Shown here piece by piece: positions 48,271 through 58,704 of a stretch of DNA of 64,000 bases. The stretch is taken from the NCBI GenBank assembly GCA_963674945.2, contig CAXXWQ010000004.1:1536001-1600000 (forward strand), in the 5' to 3' direction. The notes under the pieces are model-generated. The model did no database searches and was not told the DNA's origin. It saw nothing but the letters and a program-made list of their open reading frames with translations. This DNA is from an uncultured Desulfosarcina sp. Lineage in GTDB: Bacteria; Desulfobacterota; Desulfobacteria; Desulfobacterales; Desulfosarcinaceae. The translations under genes and the position numbers were made by a program. Position 1 is the first letter of the stretch, and each line of letters opens with the position of its first letter.

Positions 48271-49023
48271 ATGGTAAACGGCAGTTTTTTCAGAAACACA
48301 CGAATTATCATGAAGCGAGAGCTATCCGGTTACTTCGGATCTCCGGTCGCCTACGTGTTCATCGTCATATTTCTCCTCTTGACCGGTTTTTTCACCTTTT
48401 ACATCAGCAAGTTTTTCGAAGCAGGCCAGGCAGACCTTCATGGTTTCTTCCAATGGCTCCCCTGGTTGTTCATGTTCTTGGTTCCTGCGATCGCCATGCG
48501 GCTTTGGTCCGAAGAACGGAGACTGGGAACCATCGAGCTTCTCCTGACCCTCCCGGTGACCGTCACCGAGGTGGTCATGGGAAAATTTCTGGCCGCATGG
48601 TGCTTTATCGGCGTTGCTCTGGCCCTGACCTTCCCCATGGTGCTCACGGTCATCTACCTTGGGAACCCGGACATGGGAGTGATCTTTTGCGCCTACCTGG
48701 GCGCCTTCCTCCTGGCCGGCACATTTTTAAGTGTGGGAAGCATGACATCGGCATTGACCCGGAGCCAGGTGGTCAGCTTCATCCTGGCTGTCGTTGCCTG
48801 TCTCTTTCTCATTCTCGCCGGATTCGGACCGGTGACCGCGGTCCTTTCCGGTTGGGCCCCTGTCTGGTTGGTGGATCTGGTCGCTTCGACCAGTGTGATG
48901 TCTCATTTCTACTCCATGGCCAGGGGGGTCTTGGATGTGCGCGATCTTCTCTACTATCTGTCGGTCATGACCGTTATGATCTTTATCAACGGGGTGATCC
49001 TGCAAAACCGGGAATCGGCATAA
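48271..49023 (+). CDS. ABC-2 type permease (GldF-like)
   Basis: REL..YF.SP.AY, MRLWSEERR.GT.ELLLTLP, GKFLA. Confidence 0.9.
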   Translation: MVNGSFFRNTRIIMKRELSGYFGSPVAYVFIVIFLLLTGFFTFYISKFFEAGQADLHGFFQWLPWLFMFLVPAIAMRLWSEERRLGTIELLLTLPVTVTEVVMGKFLAAWCFIGVALALTFPMVLTVIYLGNPDMGVIFCAYLGAFLLAGTFLSVGSMTSALTRSQVVSFILAVVACLFLILAGFGPVTAVLSGWAPVWLVDLVASTSVMSHFYSMARGVLDVRDLLYYLSVMTVMIFINGVILQNRESA

Positions 49024-49040
49024 AGGAGGGCCACGGATCC

Positions 49041-50921
49041 ATGCGTGATGGAAACAAACGAGTTGGGAAAACGGCATATTCGGCGGGTAGTGCCATATTG
49101 ATCATCGCCATCGCGGTGCTGGTGAACCTATTGATGTCCGGCACCACCTTCCGGTGGGACACGACCGAAGACAATTTGTACAGCCTCTCATCGGGCACCC
49201 GAACCATTCTCTCCGATTTGAACGAGGATGTGGTCATCAAGGTGTTCTACAGCAGCCACCTGGCCGACATGCCCGCCCATATCAAAACGTTCGCCCAGCG
49301 GGTATTGGATTTCTTGCGTGAGTACGAACAATACGGCAAGGGACGGATAAAGCTGGAGACCTATGACCCCAAACCCGATTCGGAAGAGGAAGACTGGGCC
49401 ATTAAATACGGCATGAAAAGCATCCGCCTGTCCTCCGGAGACCCGTTGTATCTTGGTTTGGTTGTCCTCAGCACCGACAAGGAAGCGGCCATGGAGTTCA
49501 TCGACCCTTCTCAAGAGACCCGGCTGGAATACGATATCACCCGCCTGATCACCCAGGTACAGACGGTGGATAAGATGAAGATCGCCGTTGTGAGCAGCCT
49601 GCCGGTTTTCGGCACGCCGCCCATGAATATGGGCATGGGGCAACCTCCGACCCAGTCGGAACCGTGGTTTTTCATTCAGGAGTTAAAAAAGACCTACGAT
49701 CTGACCAACGTCAACATCAATGACGACCATATCGATCCGGAAACCGACCTTCTGGTGCTGTTTCACGCCAAAAACATGTCCCGGCAGCTGGCCTTTGCCG
49801 TGGACCAATACATTCTGGGAGGTGGAAATGCCATCGTCTTCGCGGATCCCCTCTCCCTGCTGGATGACCCGCGCATGGGACAAGGTGGCAGTATTCCCGA
49901 AGAGCTCTTTACGGCATGGGGCATCAAAATGGAAAAAGGCAAGGCCGTCGCCGACTATTCCATTGCTACGCAACTGCGTAACAGAGAAGGTCAGATCGAG
50001 ACCAATCCAATGTGGCTCTCCCCCCAGGCACAATCCTTTAATAAGGAGGCATTGATCACCGCCGATCTTGATTCCATGCTCTTTCCGGTAGCGGGTTCCA
50101 TCGAAATCCTGCCGGACAGCGGCTACGATGTGGTTCCCCTGGTACAATCCACCACCAACAATGCCATGGTCGATACCTCTCTCCACGGCATGGATGTGCA
50201 ACTCTTGCGGCGGGACTTTTCACCCTCCGGGATCAAGCGCAACCTGGCGGTGCGGATAACCGGGAAATTCAAGACCGCTTTCCCCGATGGGAACCCCAAA
50301 AAGGCTGATGGTGACGAAGAATCCGAAACGAAGCAGGAAGAGACCGGACAAGCGCCCCCGCTGACGGAGGGAACGTCCGAATCGATCATCGTGGTCGTCG
50401 CCGACAGCGATATGATGTTTGATGGCTACTATGTTAACAAACAGAATCTTCTCGGTTTTACCATTGCCAATATCTTCAATGATAACCTGAACTTCGTTCT
50501 CAACAGCAGCGAAATGCTCACCGGCAACCCGGCCTTGATTCGCATCCGCTCCAGAGGTACCTTCGAAAGACCGTTTACGCGTGTACAGGCGTTGGAAAGA
50601 AAGGCGCAGGATCGCTGGCTGAGCCAGGAACAGGAGCTGGTCAGAGAGGTGGACGAGACAAACGAAAAACTTCGAATGCTCGAACAGAAAAAGGATGCCA
50701 CCCAACGGGCGATTTTAAGCGAGGAGCAAGAAGAAGAGATCCAGCGCTTCCAGGAAGAGAAGTTGCGGATTAAGAAAGAACTCAAGGTTGTTCGTCGTAA
50801 CCTGCGCTCTGAAATCGAACAACTGGGAGCCACCATCAAGTTTGTGAACATCTTCTTGGTGCCGCTTATCATCTGCATCGGTGGCGTCATTTTCGCAATC
50901 ACTCGGAGAAGAAAGGCATAA
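49041..50921 (+). CDS. GldG-family ABC auxiliary protein
   Basis: D.TE..LYSLS.GT, LEYDIT, DQY...GG, ADSD, N.NF.LN; AAGGAGG RBS before ATG 49041. Confidence 0.88.
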   Translation: MRDGNKRVGKTAYSAGSAILIIAIAVLVNLLMSGTTFRWDTTEDNLYSLSSGTRTILSDLNEDVVIKVFYSSHLADMPAHIKTFAQRVLDFLREYEQYGKGRIKLETYDPKPDSEEEDWAIKYGMKSIRLSSGDPLYLGLVVLSTDKEAAMEFIDPSQETRLEYDITRLITQVQTVDKMKIAVVSSLPVFGTPPMNMGMGQPPTQSEPWFFIQELKKTYDLTNVNINDDHIDPETDLLVLFHAKNMSRQLAFAVDQYILGGGNAIVFADPLSLLDDPRMGQGGSIPEELFTAWGIKMEKGKAVADYSIATQLRNREGQIETNPMWLSPQAQSFNKEALITADLDSMLFPVAGSIEILPDSGYDVVPLVQSTTNNAMVDTSLHGMDVQLLRRDFSPSGIKRNLAVRITGKFKTAFPDGNPKKADGDEESETKQEETGQAPPLTEGTSESIIVVVADSDMMFDGYYVNKQNLLGFTIANIFNDNLNFVLNSSEMLTGNPALIRIRSRGTFERPFTRVQALERKAQDRWLSQEQELVREVDETNEKLRMLEQKKDATQRAILSEEQEEEIQRFQEEKLRIKKELKVVRRNLRSEIEQLGATIKFVNIFLVPLIICIGGVIFAITRRRKA

Positions 50922-50926
50922 TCTCG

Positions 50927-52060
50927 ATGAAGCGCAATACGTTTTTAACACTGCTTGCGATAGCGGCAATCCTGGTCGCAGCCTCGTTTCTTCGCTTTGG
51001 CAACGAAGAACAGACCGACGATCAAGCCATGGGAGACAAATTGTTCGCCGATCTCCCGGTAAATGCGGTGACCAAGGTAACCATCGCCGATGCGAAAAAT
51101 CAGACAACCCTTATAAAGGGGAAAACGGTTTGGCAGGTAGAGGAACGAAGCGGTTATCCGGCCGACTTCAACGAATTGGGAAACCTGGTCCTGAAAATCA
51201 GCCAACTGAAAATCGGACGCAGCTTCTCCGGCTCCGAGGAGAGTCTCCATCGCCTGTCCCTTGCACCTCCATCGGCGGATGATCCTGACGGCAAAAGTAA
51301 GCGAATCACACTGGCGGATACATCGGGAAAGGTCCTGGCAGACCTGATAGTTGGAAAGAGTCGGGAATCCGATGGCGGTGGTGGTGGTCAATACCTGAAA
51401 CTTGCGGAGTCCGATGATGTTTTCCTTGTGGACGGCAGTTTCCGCTTTTTGAAAACCGAGCCCGCCCAGTGGTTGAAAAATGAGATCGTAGACATCGATG
51501 CCGAAAAAATCCGATCGGTGGCATGCTATAAGGGTAACGATCCGAATGCGGTCTATACCCTGTCCCGCCCCAAGAAGGGGGAATCGGCAGCACTATCACC
51601 CATCCCGTCAAACAGAAAGGCCGACTCAGCCAAGATCGAACAGGTCTTCGACGCCATTGGTCCTTTGAATTTGAGCGATGTGACACCCGCTGACCAGGCC
51701 CCCGAAGGCGATCCAGAGGGTTTTCGTCTGATCTACCGGCTGTATGATGGCCGGGAAATTACCATCCGCCCCGATTCCGACGGGAAAGAGCATTACACTG
51801 TCCGGATGGCAGTCCGCGAAATTCCAAAAGAAGAGATGGAGGAACCATCCGGGGAAGAATCGAAAGAGGATGCCGAAAAAAAAGAGCCGGCATCGGATGC
51901 GGATGAGGGCCAAACCGAAGAAAAATCGGCAGCCGAGCTGAGCGAAGCGCTGACCCCATGGGTCTTTTCCATCCAGAAGTGGCAGTTCGACAGCCTGATG
52001 ACCCAGGTGGAGTCTCTGCTGGAACCACTGCCGGAGAAGAAAGCGGTCACCGATTCATAG
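50927..52060 (+). CDS. DUF4340-like membrane-anchored protein
   Basis: N-terminal anchor, W.V....YPAD, L.VGK...GQY; typical fourth gene of Gld-like ABC operons. Confidence 0.75.
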   Translation: MKRNTFLTLLAIAAILVAASFLRFGNEEQTDDQAMGDKLFADLPVNAVTKVTIADAKNQTTLIKGKTVWQVEERSGYPADFNELGNLVLKISQLKIGRSFSGSEESLHRLSLAPPSADDPDGKSKRITLADTSGKVLADLIVGKSRESDGGGGGQYLKLAESDDVFLVDGSFRFLKTEPAQWLKNEIVDIDAEKIRSVACYKGNDPNAVYTLSRPKKGESAALSPIPSNRKADSAKIEQVFDAIGPLNLSDVTPADQAPEGDPEGFRLIYRLYDGREITIRPDSDGKEHYTVRMAVREIPKEEMEEPSGEESKEDAEKKEPASDADEGQTEEKSAAELSEALTPWVFSIQKWQFDSLMTQVESLLEPLPEKKAVTDS

Positions 52061-52165
52061 TTGGTCCCCATTTAGAAAATCGATTAACGCAGCCGAAATT
52101 GAGTGCCCAATTAGCTGTTAGCGATGAGCAGAACCATTTCAAAAAATCACTGATAAATGCGCAAT

Positions 52166-52205
52166 AAAAAAGAGCGGACAGCGAATTACGAAAGGCGGGC
52201 CGCTC
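52166..52205 (-). terminator. Probable intrinsic terminator of the M16 peptidase gene
   Basis: Minus strand GAGCGG...CCGCTC stem followed by TTTTTT. Confidence 0.5.
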
Positions 52206-52215
52206 ATCGTGAGAT

Positions 52216-55200
52216 TCATCCTTTGGGTTCGGCAAGTGCTTTGCCTGCTTCCGGGGTGTTTTTCTCTTTTCCTTCCTGTCCGGGCAATAGGACGATGGTG
52301 GAGGCTTGCCCGTCAACGAAATATTTGCCTGCAAGATCGGACAAATCCGTTGCGGTCACGGCCGCATAATCGTCGACGAAGGATCTGGCCCATGAAAACT
52401 GCTGGGGATGACGTCCGGAGCCGGTCATCACGCTGTTGAGCCAATAGCCATTGGTCTGTCGCAGGGATTTGATAGAGGTAAGGAGGGGGTCGATGACGCG
52501 TGCCAACTCATCGTCTGAGATCTCATTGTGGGCCAGATCATGGGCGATGGCCTTGACCTCTTTCACGATTGTCTCGCTTTTTGCCGGTGCGACATTGATA
52601 TGCGCCTGGAATACGCCATATCCCTTATACGCCCGACTGCTCCTGTTGAATGCATATGGAGAATAGGAGGCGCCGAGTTTTTCTCTTATCCGCTGCCTGA
52701 GCCGTTCGGAAAAAAGATCGGCGAGAACGGAAAGCCGACGGGTTCGATGGATATCCCAGAAGTCATCTGTCCTCCAGGCGGTAACCACCATGGCCTTTTG
52801 TATCTGTGTTTCGACATCGATCCGGTAAAATTCTCCCTTGGGTAGACGGGGCAGGTCGGTTCTTGACACGTTTGAAGCGCCAGTTCGCTCGGGAAGTGCA
52901 CCCAAGTACCGCCGCGCCAGCTCGATGACGGCATCCACATCGACATCGCCGGCGATGGAAAGTTCCAGCGGTGCATTTTGCAGCGGTGGCAGGATCCACG
53001 CTCGGATATCATCCAAGGAAATGGCCTGCAGCTTCTCGAGAGAGGGCAGGCCGAATCGAGTGTCCCCACCGGCCAGGATTTTCATTCCCCGAATCCGCAT
53101 CATCCCCTCGATGGATCGGGTGAGAGATTGATATTCCTGTTGCATGCGTTTTCTTACCAGGCCCAATGCATCTTCTCGAAATCCGGGATCCATGATATGT
53201 GCATAAATCAACTGGAACAACAGCTCCACCTCGTTGGTCACGCTCTCGGCGAAGAAGTTGAAATGGGTTTCCGCGATCCTGAAGTCTACATAGGTGCTTT
53301 TCCCGGTCAGTGCCCGCTCCAGTGTATCGGAATCCATGGTCCCCAAGCCGCTCTCACCGATTACCTCTTCGGCGAGAAGTGAAAGCCCCGGAAGGGATTT
53401 GGGTTCCATCGACGTACCCTGGCCGAAAATCATGTTGGCCAGAACCTCATCGGCCTTATAGTCGGTTCTTTTTACATTGACGTGGATTCCGTTTCCCAAA
53501 CAAACACGAACGATTCCCAAATCATCGATAGTTTCCCTGGATGCAATGGTTCCCGTATCTTCCGGATTCGGCAGATAAGGAAATGCGACGGTCTTTTTTC
53601 CCTCGACCGGAAAGACCTTCTTTTGGGCAGAGGCCAGATATGCCTTTTCGATAAGAGATTCTGGTGCAACACCGGCCGACGACCGCAAATCGGCGTTCCC
53701 GGTAACCAGAACCAGCCGATGGTCATCGGACCAGTTTTTCACGAATGCCTCGTGGACATCCTCCAGGGTCACGGCAGTAACCAGGGGAACCAGAAGGTCT
53801 CTTCGCTGCTGGGGTGACTGAATCACCTTACCATCAGAGAGACTTCGAATCATTTGTCTGGCAAGCGTCGAACTGTTTCGGGTTGAGGCCTTGCGAACTT
53901 CATCTTCCAATTGTTTAATGGTGTCTTTTTTCACCCGATTCAGTTCGCTTTCGGAAAAACCGTATTCGGCTGCCTGCCGCAAGGTCTGTTCCAAATCGTC
54001 AAGGGTTTTTTTCCAGTTGGCTGTATTGCTGTCCGCCGAAATTTCTGCGTACCGAATCCGGTTCAGGTATATGCCGCTGCCGATGGTAGCCGCCGTGAAC
54101 GGCGTATCCGGCACCTTGGTGCTGGCATCCAGCCGGTTTTGAACGATCTGGTCAGCCAATGAATCCAAAAGGTCTCGTTGGCGATGCAAGCGTGTATCCG
54201 GCACCGGATCTTGGGAACGAACCACCTCGATGCTTACGGTTGTTCCGCCCACCTCCGGTTCATAATGGTAAAAAAAACGCACCCCCTCGTGATCGATGGT
54301 ACCGAAGGCGGGCAAAGGGGGCGCCGGCGCCCTGGGGGAAAAATCCGTAAATTGATCTTGAATGAGTCGTTTGGCAAGGGAAATGGAGAAGTCTCCGACC
54401 ATAACCAAAACCATGTTATCCGGCCGATACCATTCGTCATAAAACTGCTTGAGGGCTTTTCGGTCGGCTTTTTCGATCATCTGCCGTTTTCCGATGGGTA
54501 GCCGTTTTGATATGATATGGTCGGGAAGCTCAAACGACAATGTGGAGGTAAACGTTCGATATGCGGCCGAGTCCCTCGCCCGCATCTCGGAAAGAATCAC
54601 GGCGCGCTCCCGGTTGACCTCTTCTTCCAGAATCAAGGCACCCATCGCATAATCTGCCATGACCAACAGACCTTTTCTCAGGTTTTGTTCATCTCCTTTG
54701 GGCAGGACAATGTCGTAGACGGTTTCATCGAATCCCGTGTGTGCATTCGCATCGTTTCCAAACTGCATACCGATGCTCTGAAAGTAACGGACCAATTCGC
54801 CGGGGGGAAAATGGGTTGATCCGTTGAAGAGCATGTGTTCGAGAAAATGGGCAAACCCTTGCTGCTCGTTTTTCTCGTTTAAGCTTCCCGCGCGAATGTA
54901 CAGGTGCATGCTGACACGATCTTCGGGGCGCTGGTTTTCCTTCAGCAGGTATCCAAAGCCGTTCGGTAGCCTTCCGAAAGTGATCGTTGGATCCGGCAAA
55001 AAATCACTCTCTTCGTGGGGCCACCTTACATGGTCGTTTTTTCCGGCGGTACTCGGATCGACGGTACCGGCAGCGATCGATGCGAAAACGACTGCATGGA
55101 AAAACAAAGCGGGCAATACCATTATCGATGCAATGCGAAGCGAGACATTAAAAAAACACCGATTGCACTGCGAATGTAAAGATCGGCGACGGATCATTTG

Positions 55201-55296
55201 CTTTACCTTTACCCCATCCATGTTGTCTCGGAAAATTCCAAGGATAACGAAACACCTTTCAGATTGTAATACAATGCGAAAAAATGGCAATGCCAT
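52216..55296 (-). CDS. M16 family zinc metallopeptidase (PqqL-like), exported
   Basis: HFLEH (HxxEH), NAHT.FDETVY, WYRPDNM, IREKLGASYS; true start probably 55221 or 55197. Confidence 0.92.
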   Translation of the reverse strand: MALPFFRIVLQSERCFVILGIFRDNMDGVKVKQMIRRRSLHSQCNRCFFNVSLRIASIMVLPALFFHAVVFASIAAGTVDPSTAGKNDHVRWPHEESDFLPDPTITFGRLPNGFGYLLKENQRPEDRVSMHLYIRAGSLNEKNEQQGFAHFLEHMLFNGSTHFPPGELVRYFQSIGMQFGNDANAHTGFDETVYDIVLPKGDEQNLRKGLLVMADYAMGALILEEEVNRERAVILSEMRARDSAAYRTFTSTLSFELPDHIISKRLPIGKRQMIEKADRKALKQFYDEWYRPDNMVLVMVGDFSISLAKRLIQDQFTDFSPRAPAPPLPAFGTIDHEGVRFFYHYEPEVGGTTVSIEVVRSQDPVPDTRLHRQRDLLDSLADQIVQNRLDASTKVPDTPFTAATIGSGIYLNRIRYAEISADSNTANWKKTLDDLEQTLRQAAEYGFSESELNRVKKDTIKQLEDEVRKASTRNSSTLARQMIRSLSDGKVIQSPQQRRDLLVPLVTAVTLEDVHEAFVKNWSDDHRLVLVTGNADLRSSAGVAPESLIEKAYLASAQKKVFPVEGKKTVAFPYLPNPEDTGTIASRETIDDLGIVRVCLGNGIHVNVKRTDYKADEVLANMIFGQGTSMEPKSLPGLSLLAEEVIGESGLGTMDSDTLERALTGKSTYVDFRIAETHFNFFAESVTNEVELLFQLIYAHIMDPGFREDALGLVRKRMQQEYQSLTRSIEGMMRIRGMKILAGGDTRFGLPSLEKLQAISLDDIRAWILPPLQNAPLELSIAGDVDVDAVIELARRYLGALPERTGASNVSRTDLPRLPKGEFYRIDVETQIQKAMVVTAWRTDDFWDIHRTRRLSVLADLFSERLRQRIREKLGASYSPYAFNRSSRAYKGYGVFQAHINVAPAKSETIVKEVKAIAHDLAHNEISDDELARVIDPLLTSIKSLRQTNGYWLNSVMTGSGRHPQQFSWARSFVDDYAAVTATDLSDLAGKYFVDGQASTIVLLPGQEGKEKNTPEAGKALAEPKG

Positions 55297-55383
55297 GAAA
55301 TAGAAAAGCCTTCGGGCACCATTCTACAAATGGTCGACAGGAAGGCATATTCTATGGCGAAAATGGGTCTGATCTTGCTATGA

Positions 55384-55809
55384 CTATTTTTTCTTCTTAA
55401 CGTAAACCCCCCTGGCGATCGTCTCCACAAGCCCCTTCTTGGTGAGTTTGTATAGTGCATTGCTCACCTGCCGGGATTCCAGCCCGGTTCTTTTTTTCAG
55501 TCGTTCCACGGAGATTCCATTTCGACTTCTGCTAATCATTTTAAGAATATTATCAAGCATGGTTTGGCCATCATCTGCAGATGATGGCTGGGCCTTTGAT
55601 ACGGAAGCCGATTTTTTCACTGCCGATTTCTTTTTTCGCGCCGCCTTCTTTGCAGCTGGAGCCTTGGGACTCTTTTTCGCCTTCGTCCGTTTCGACGCTT
55701 TTGCTACTCCACCATCCGTCTCGATTGTTTCTGCAATTTTCTCCACCTTGCTGACGAGAGAAGATAGAGCCGCAGAAATTGACAGCAGTTCGTTTTGAAC
55801 CTTTTTCAT
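55384..55809 (-). CDS. Basic, histone-like putative DNA-binding protein
   Basis: N-terminal coiled coil, Lys/Ala-rich linker, C-terminal winged-helix-like segment; AAGGAGG RBS. Confidence 0.7.
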   Translation of the reverse strand: MKKVQNELLSISAALSSLVSKVEKIAETIETDGGVAKASKRTKAKKSPKAPAAKKAARKKKSAVKKSASVSKAQPSSADDGQTMLDNILKMISRSRNGISVERLKKRTGLESRQVSNALYKLTKKGLVETIARGVYVKKKK

Positions 55810-56051
55810 TAGCTTGAGCCTCCTTAATCAAAGCGTTTTTCGCTACTTATTTAGCTATTTAACCAGCAGCCCTATTATATTTATCTTCTATTGTCAACCC
55901 TTGTTTGTCTTTGTTTACGACCACGGACTGAAAAGAACACAAGAGACGGAGGAAGGGATGAATGGCGTAATAGCAGTTTTTTTCACAGGGAAGTAATGAC
56001 GAACGTCAGTGCTGTCCAATGGAATTGACATAGAACAAAGAATTCTGGTGG

Positions 56052-56300
56052 CTACTGCTCCCGCAAAAATGCCCACCAGATGTAAAAAAAGAAGAAAATC
56101 CAGGCCGCGATGGCGACTGCATACGCTTTCCAATCCGTCTTACGAGAAGCCATGCCGTGTTTGTCGACTTTCCCGACAGCGGCCTTGCACTCCGGGCATA
56201 CATCAACGTGAAGTGGCATGTATGCAAAACATTCCGGGCATTTTTTGGATACATACCCGTTGGGATTGTCGGAATTGTTTGAACCGGCTTTTTTATTCAT
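56052..56300 (-). CDS. Small zinc-ribbon membrane protein
   Basis: Two CPEC motifs and a C-terminal TM helix; GGAG RBS. Confidence 0.7.
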   Translation of the reverse strand: MNKKAGSNNSDNPNGYVSKKCPECFAYMPLHVDVCPECKAAVGKVDKHGMASRKTDWKAYAVAIAAWIFFFFYIWWAFLREQ

Positions 56301-56338
56301 ATCAAATCCATCGACTCCCTAACGATGGAAAAACTATA

Positions 56339-58231
56339 TTATTTAATGTACTCACGTTCAATTTTGATCTGGCTGTTTGCCTTTCTTGCATCGATCCAGT
56401 CTTGCATCACCCGTCTCTGCTTTTGGCCGAGCAGTCGTTTCTGAATTTCCTCCTTCTCGGAGTCAAACCCCTCGGCATCGGGCATTTTTATCTCCGACAA
56501 CCGCAGCAGGTAATACCCTGCGTTTCCCTTGACCGGCTTCGTCGTGTGACTTCCGACGGAAGCCAATGCAAAAGCCGCTTTTGAAAAGTTGGTGTCGGAG
56601 CCGATTTCGGGAATGGAAGAATTTTGCATGAACAGACCAGATTTTTTCACCGCTACACCGTGATGTGCTGCAATTTCTTCAAACCCTTTTTCTTCAGAAA
56701 GATCATCCGCCATCAATTGGGCAGTTGACTTTGCTCTTTCGTCCTGCATGATTTTGGTCAAATCGGATTCGACCCGACTCTGAACGGATTCCAATGAAGG
56801 GATGACCGATGGAATTTTTTCCGTCGTCTGGATGATAAAGTAGCGACCATCGATCTCCTGGATGTCGCTGATCTCATCCACATTGAGAGCAAACGCCGTG
56901 TTGGCGAAGTTTCTTCCGTTTCGACCCAAATCGTCCGGTCCTCCTCGATCGAAAGTCTCGGTTTCCATCACGGTAAGCCCTAATGCTTTCGCGTTTTTTA
57001 CCAGGTCATCTTTTTCAAAACACCTCTCATAGAATTCCTCTGCTTCATCGTAGGCCAGGTTACGCGCGTCTCTCTTCTTAAGCAGGCGGGAAATCTCTTC
57101 TTTGCTTTCATCGAGAGTTTTAACAGAAGCTTCTTCCACGGATTCGACTTTGATAACGTGCCACCCGAATTGTGTCTTTACCGGTTCACTGATTTCACCC
57201 GCCGCCATTGAGAATGCTTTGTCGGCGAAAGGCTTGACCATTTGAGTTTTGGTAAACTTTCCCAGGTACCCGCCCGAATCTTTGGAGGGGCCTTCGGAGT
57301 ATTTTTTTGCCAACTCAGCAAAATCCTGACCCGATTTTGCCAGCGAGGCAACCTCCTGGGCCTTGGATTTGGCCGCCTGGCTTGCTTCTTCTCCCTCCTT
57401 TGGGTCCACTCGAATCAAGATATGTCGCGCCTCGACCGTATCTTCAGTGGTAAATTGGGAGAGATTGTTCTCGTAGTAGGAAGCAACGTCTTCATCGTTT
57501 ACGACCACCCGAGACGTGAAGGTATCCGGATCGAAAACCACATACCGGGCCTTTGCCTTGGGGTTGGTTTTGTATTTTTCTTTTTCTTTCTCGAAATAGT
57601 CGGCAACTTCTTTCTCAGACGGTTTGATGTCCTTGTATCGATCCGGTGTGAAAAGTACATAATCCACGGAAACTTCTGTTTTTTGCCAATCGTACCACTG
57701 ATGCGCCTCTGCTTCTGAAACCTTGGCAGCCCCCAGAACAATCCTTGTGAGTTTTTGACCGAGCAGGACATTTTTCTGGTCCGCCTCGAACTCCTCCGGC
57801 GTGAGGTGAACCTGAGAAAGAATGCTGTGATAACGGCGGCTATCGAACGTACCGTTGGATTGGAAAATCTCGATCTTCATGATCGAATCGGCCACTTCGC
57901 TATCGGTAACCCGCAGCCCCAGTTTTTTTGCCTCTTGCAACAGGATTGTGCGGTCGATCAGCTGGTCAATCGCCTGTTTCTTGAGCTGGAGCATCTCGAT
58001 CATATCGTCGTTGAAGCTTTCGCCGAACCGTTGGCGGTATTGATCGATCATGTTGTTATAGGCGCGCCGGTACTCGGCGATGCTGATTATTTCACCGTTT
58101 ACGGTGGCGACCTTTGATGCCCTCCGGGAGCGAAAGCTTCCCACTCCCCAAAATACAAAGACGATCACAATCGCAAACAACAACACCTTGATCATCCAAC
58201 TGCCGGCATGTTTCCGCATCACGTTGAGCAT
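56339..58231 (-). CDS. ppiD: PpiD/SurA-family parvulin peptidyl-prolyl isomerase
   Basis: N-terminal anchor FVFWG, SurA-N domain, ARHILI, FAELAKKYS, GGYLG, FGWHVIKV. Confidence 0.9.
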   Translation of the reverse strand: MLNVMRKHAGSWMIKVLLFAIVIVFVFWGVGSFRSRRASKVATVNGEIISIAEYRRAYNNMIDQYRQRFGESFNDDMIEMLQLKKQAIDQLIDRTILLQEAKKLGLRVTDSEVADSIMKIEIFQSNGTFDSRRYHSILSQVHLTPEEFEADQKNVLLGQKLTRIVLGAAKVSEAEAHQWYDWQKTEVSVDYVLFTPDRYKDIKPSEKEVADYFEKEKEKYKTNPKAKARYVVFDPDTFTSRVVVNDEDVASYYENNLSQFTTEDTVEARHILIRVDPKEGEEASQAAKSKAQEVASLAKSGQDFAELAKKYSEGPSKDSGGYLGKFTKTQMVKPFADKAFSMAAGEISEPVKTQFGWHVIKVESVEEASVKTLDESKEEISRLLKKRDARNLAYDEAEEFYERCFEKDDLVKNAKALGLTVMETETFDRGGPDDLGRNGRNFANTAFALNVDEISDIQEIDGRYFIIQTTEKIPSVIPSLESVQSRVESDLTKIMQDERAKSTAQLMADDLSEEKGFEEIAAHHGVAVKKSGLFMQNSSIPEIGSDTNFSKAAFALASVGSHTTKPVKGNAGYYLLRLSEIKMPDAEGFDSEKEEIQKRLLGQKQRRVMQDWIDARKANSQIKIEREYIK

Positions 58232-58515
58232 TACAACCTCATTTTTCTAACTTAAAAGGCGGGCTTGATCGGTTCCGGCACTGACCCGAATGGACCCAAT
58301 GGTTTATATTTAAACAAAAAACCGCAAGCCGACGGTTTCCATTGTAAGCACTTCGACACACTCGCACAAAAACCGTTGTGTGTAGTGATATCGAAAAAAT
58401 TCCGTCTTATCAAACAATTGAGGATAGATGGTGGTGCAAATTTTGTCAATAGTTTACCCTCCTAACCACCGGAGTATCGTAACTTCGATCTTTTTTTCGT
58501 AACCCGAAAATTTAT

Positions 58516-58544
58516 TTGACATGGCAAAGTGAATTTGTTAGCTT
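58516..58544 (+). promoter_or_regulatory. Sigma-70 promoter of tRNA-Ala
   Basis: TTGACA-N17-TAGCTT with a TG extension, 14 bp before the tRNA. Confidence 0.6.
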
Positions 58545-58558
58545 TCGCTTTCATTTTC

Positions 58559-58634
58559 GGGGCTGTAGCTCAGCTGGGAGAGCGCATGACTGGCAGTCAT
58601 GAGGTCAGGGGTTCGATCCCCCTCAGCTCCACCA
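58559..58634 (+). tRNA. tRNA-Ala (GGC)
   Basis: 76-nt cloverleaf, anticodon arm CATGA-CTGGCAG-TCATG, GTTCGA T-loop, G3:U70 pair, encoded CCA. Confidence 0.98.
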
Positions 58635-58645
58635 GAATGGATTCA

Positions 58646-58678
58646 AGGGGTTAGCGATCATTCGCGGCCCCTTTTTTC
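58646..58678 (+). terminator. Intrinsic terminator after tRNA-Ala
   Basis: AAGGGG...CCCCTT stem followed by a T-tract. Confidence 0.7.
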
Positions 58679-58704
58679 GTGGTATTTTTCTGATCAGATG
58701 CGGA

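Noticed and set aside
48453..49040. N-terminal extension making GldG 822 aa
   Set aside because: It overlaps the permease gene out of frame; a strong RBS supports ATG 49041.
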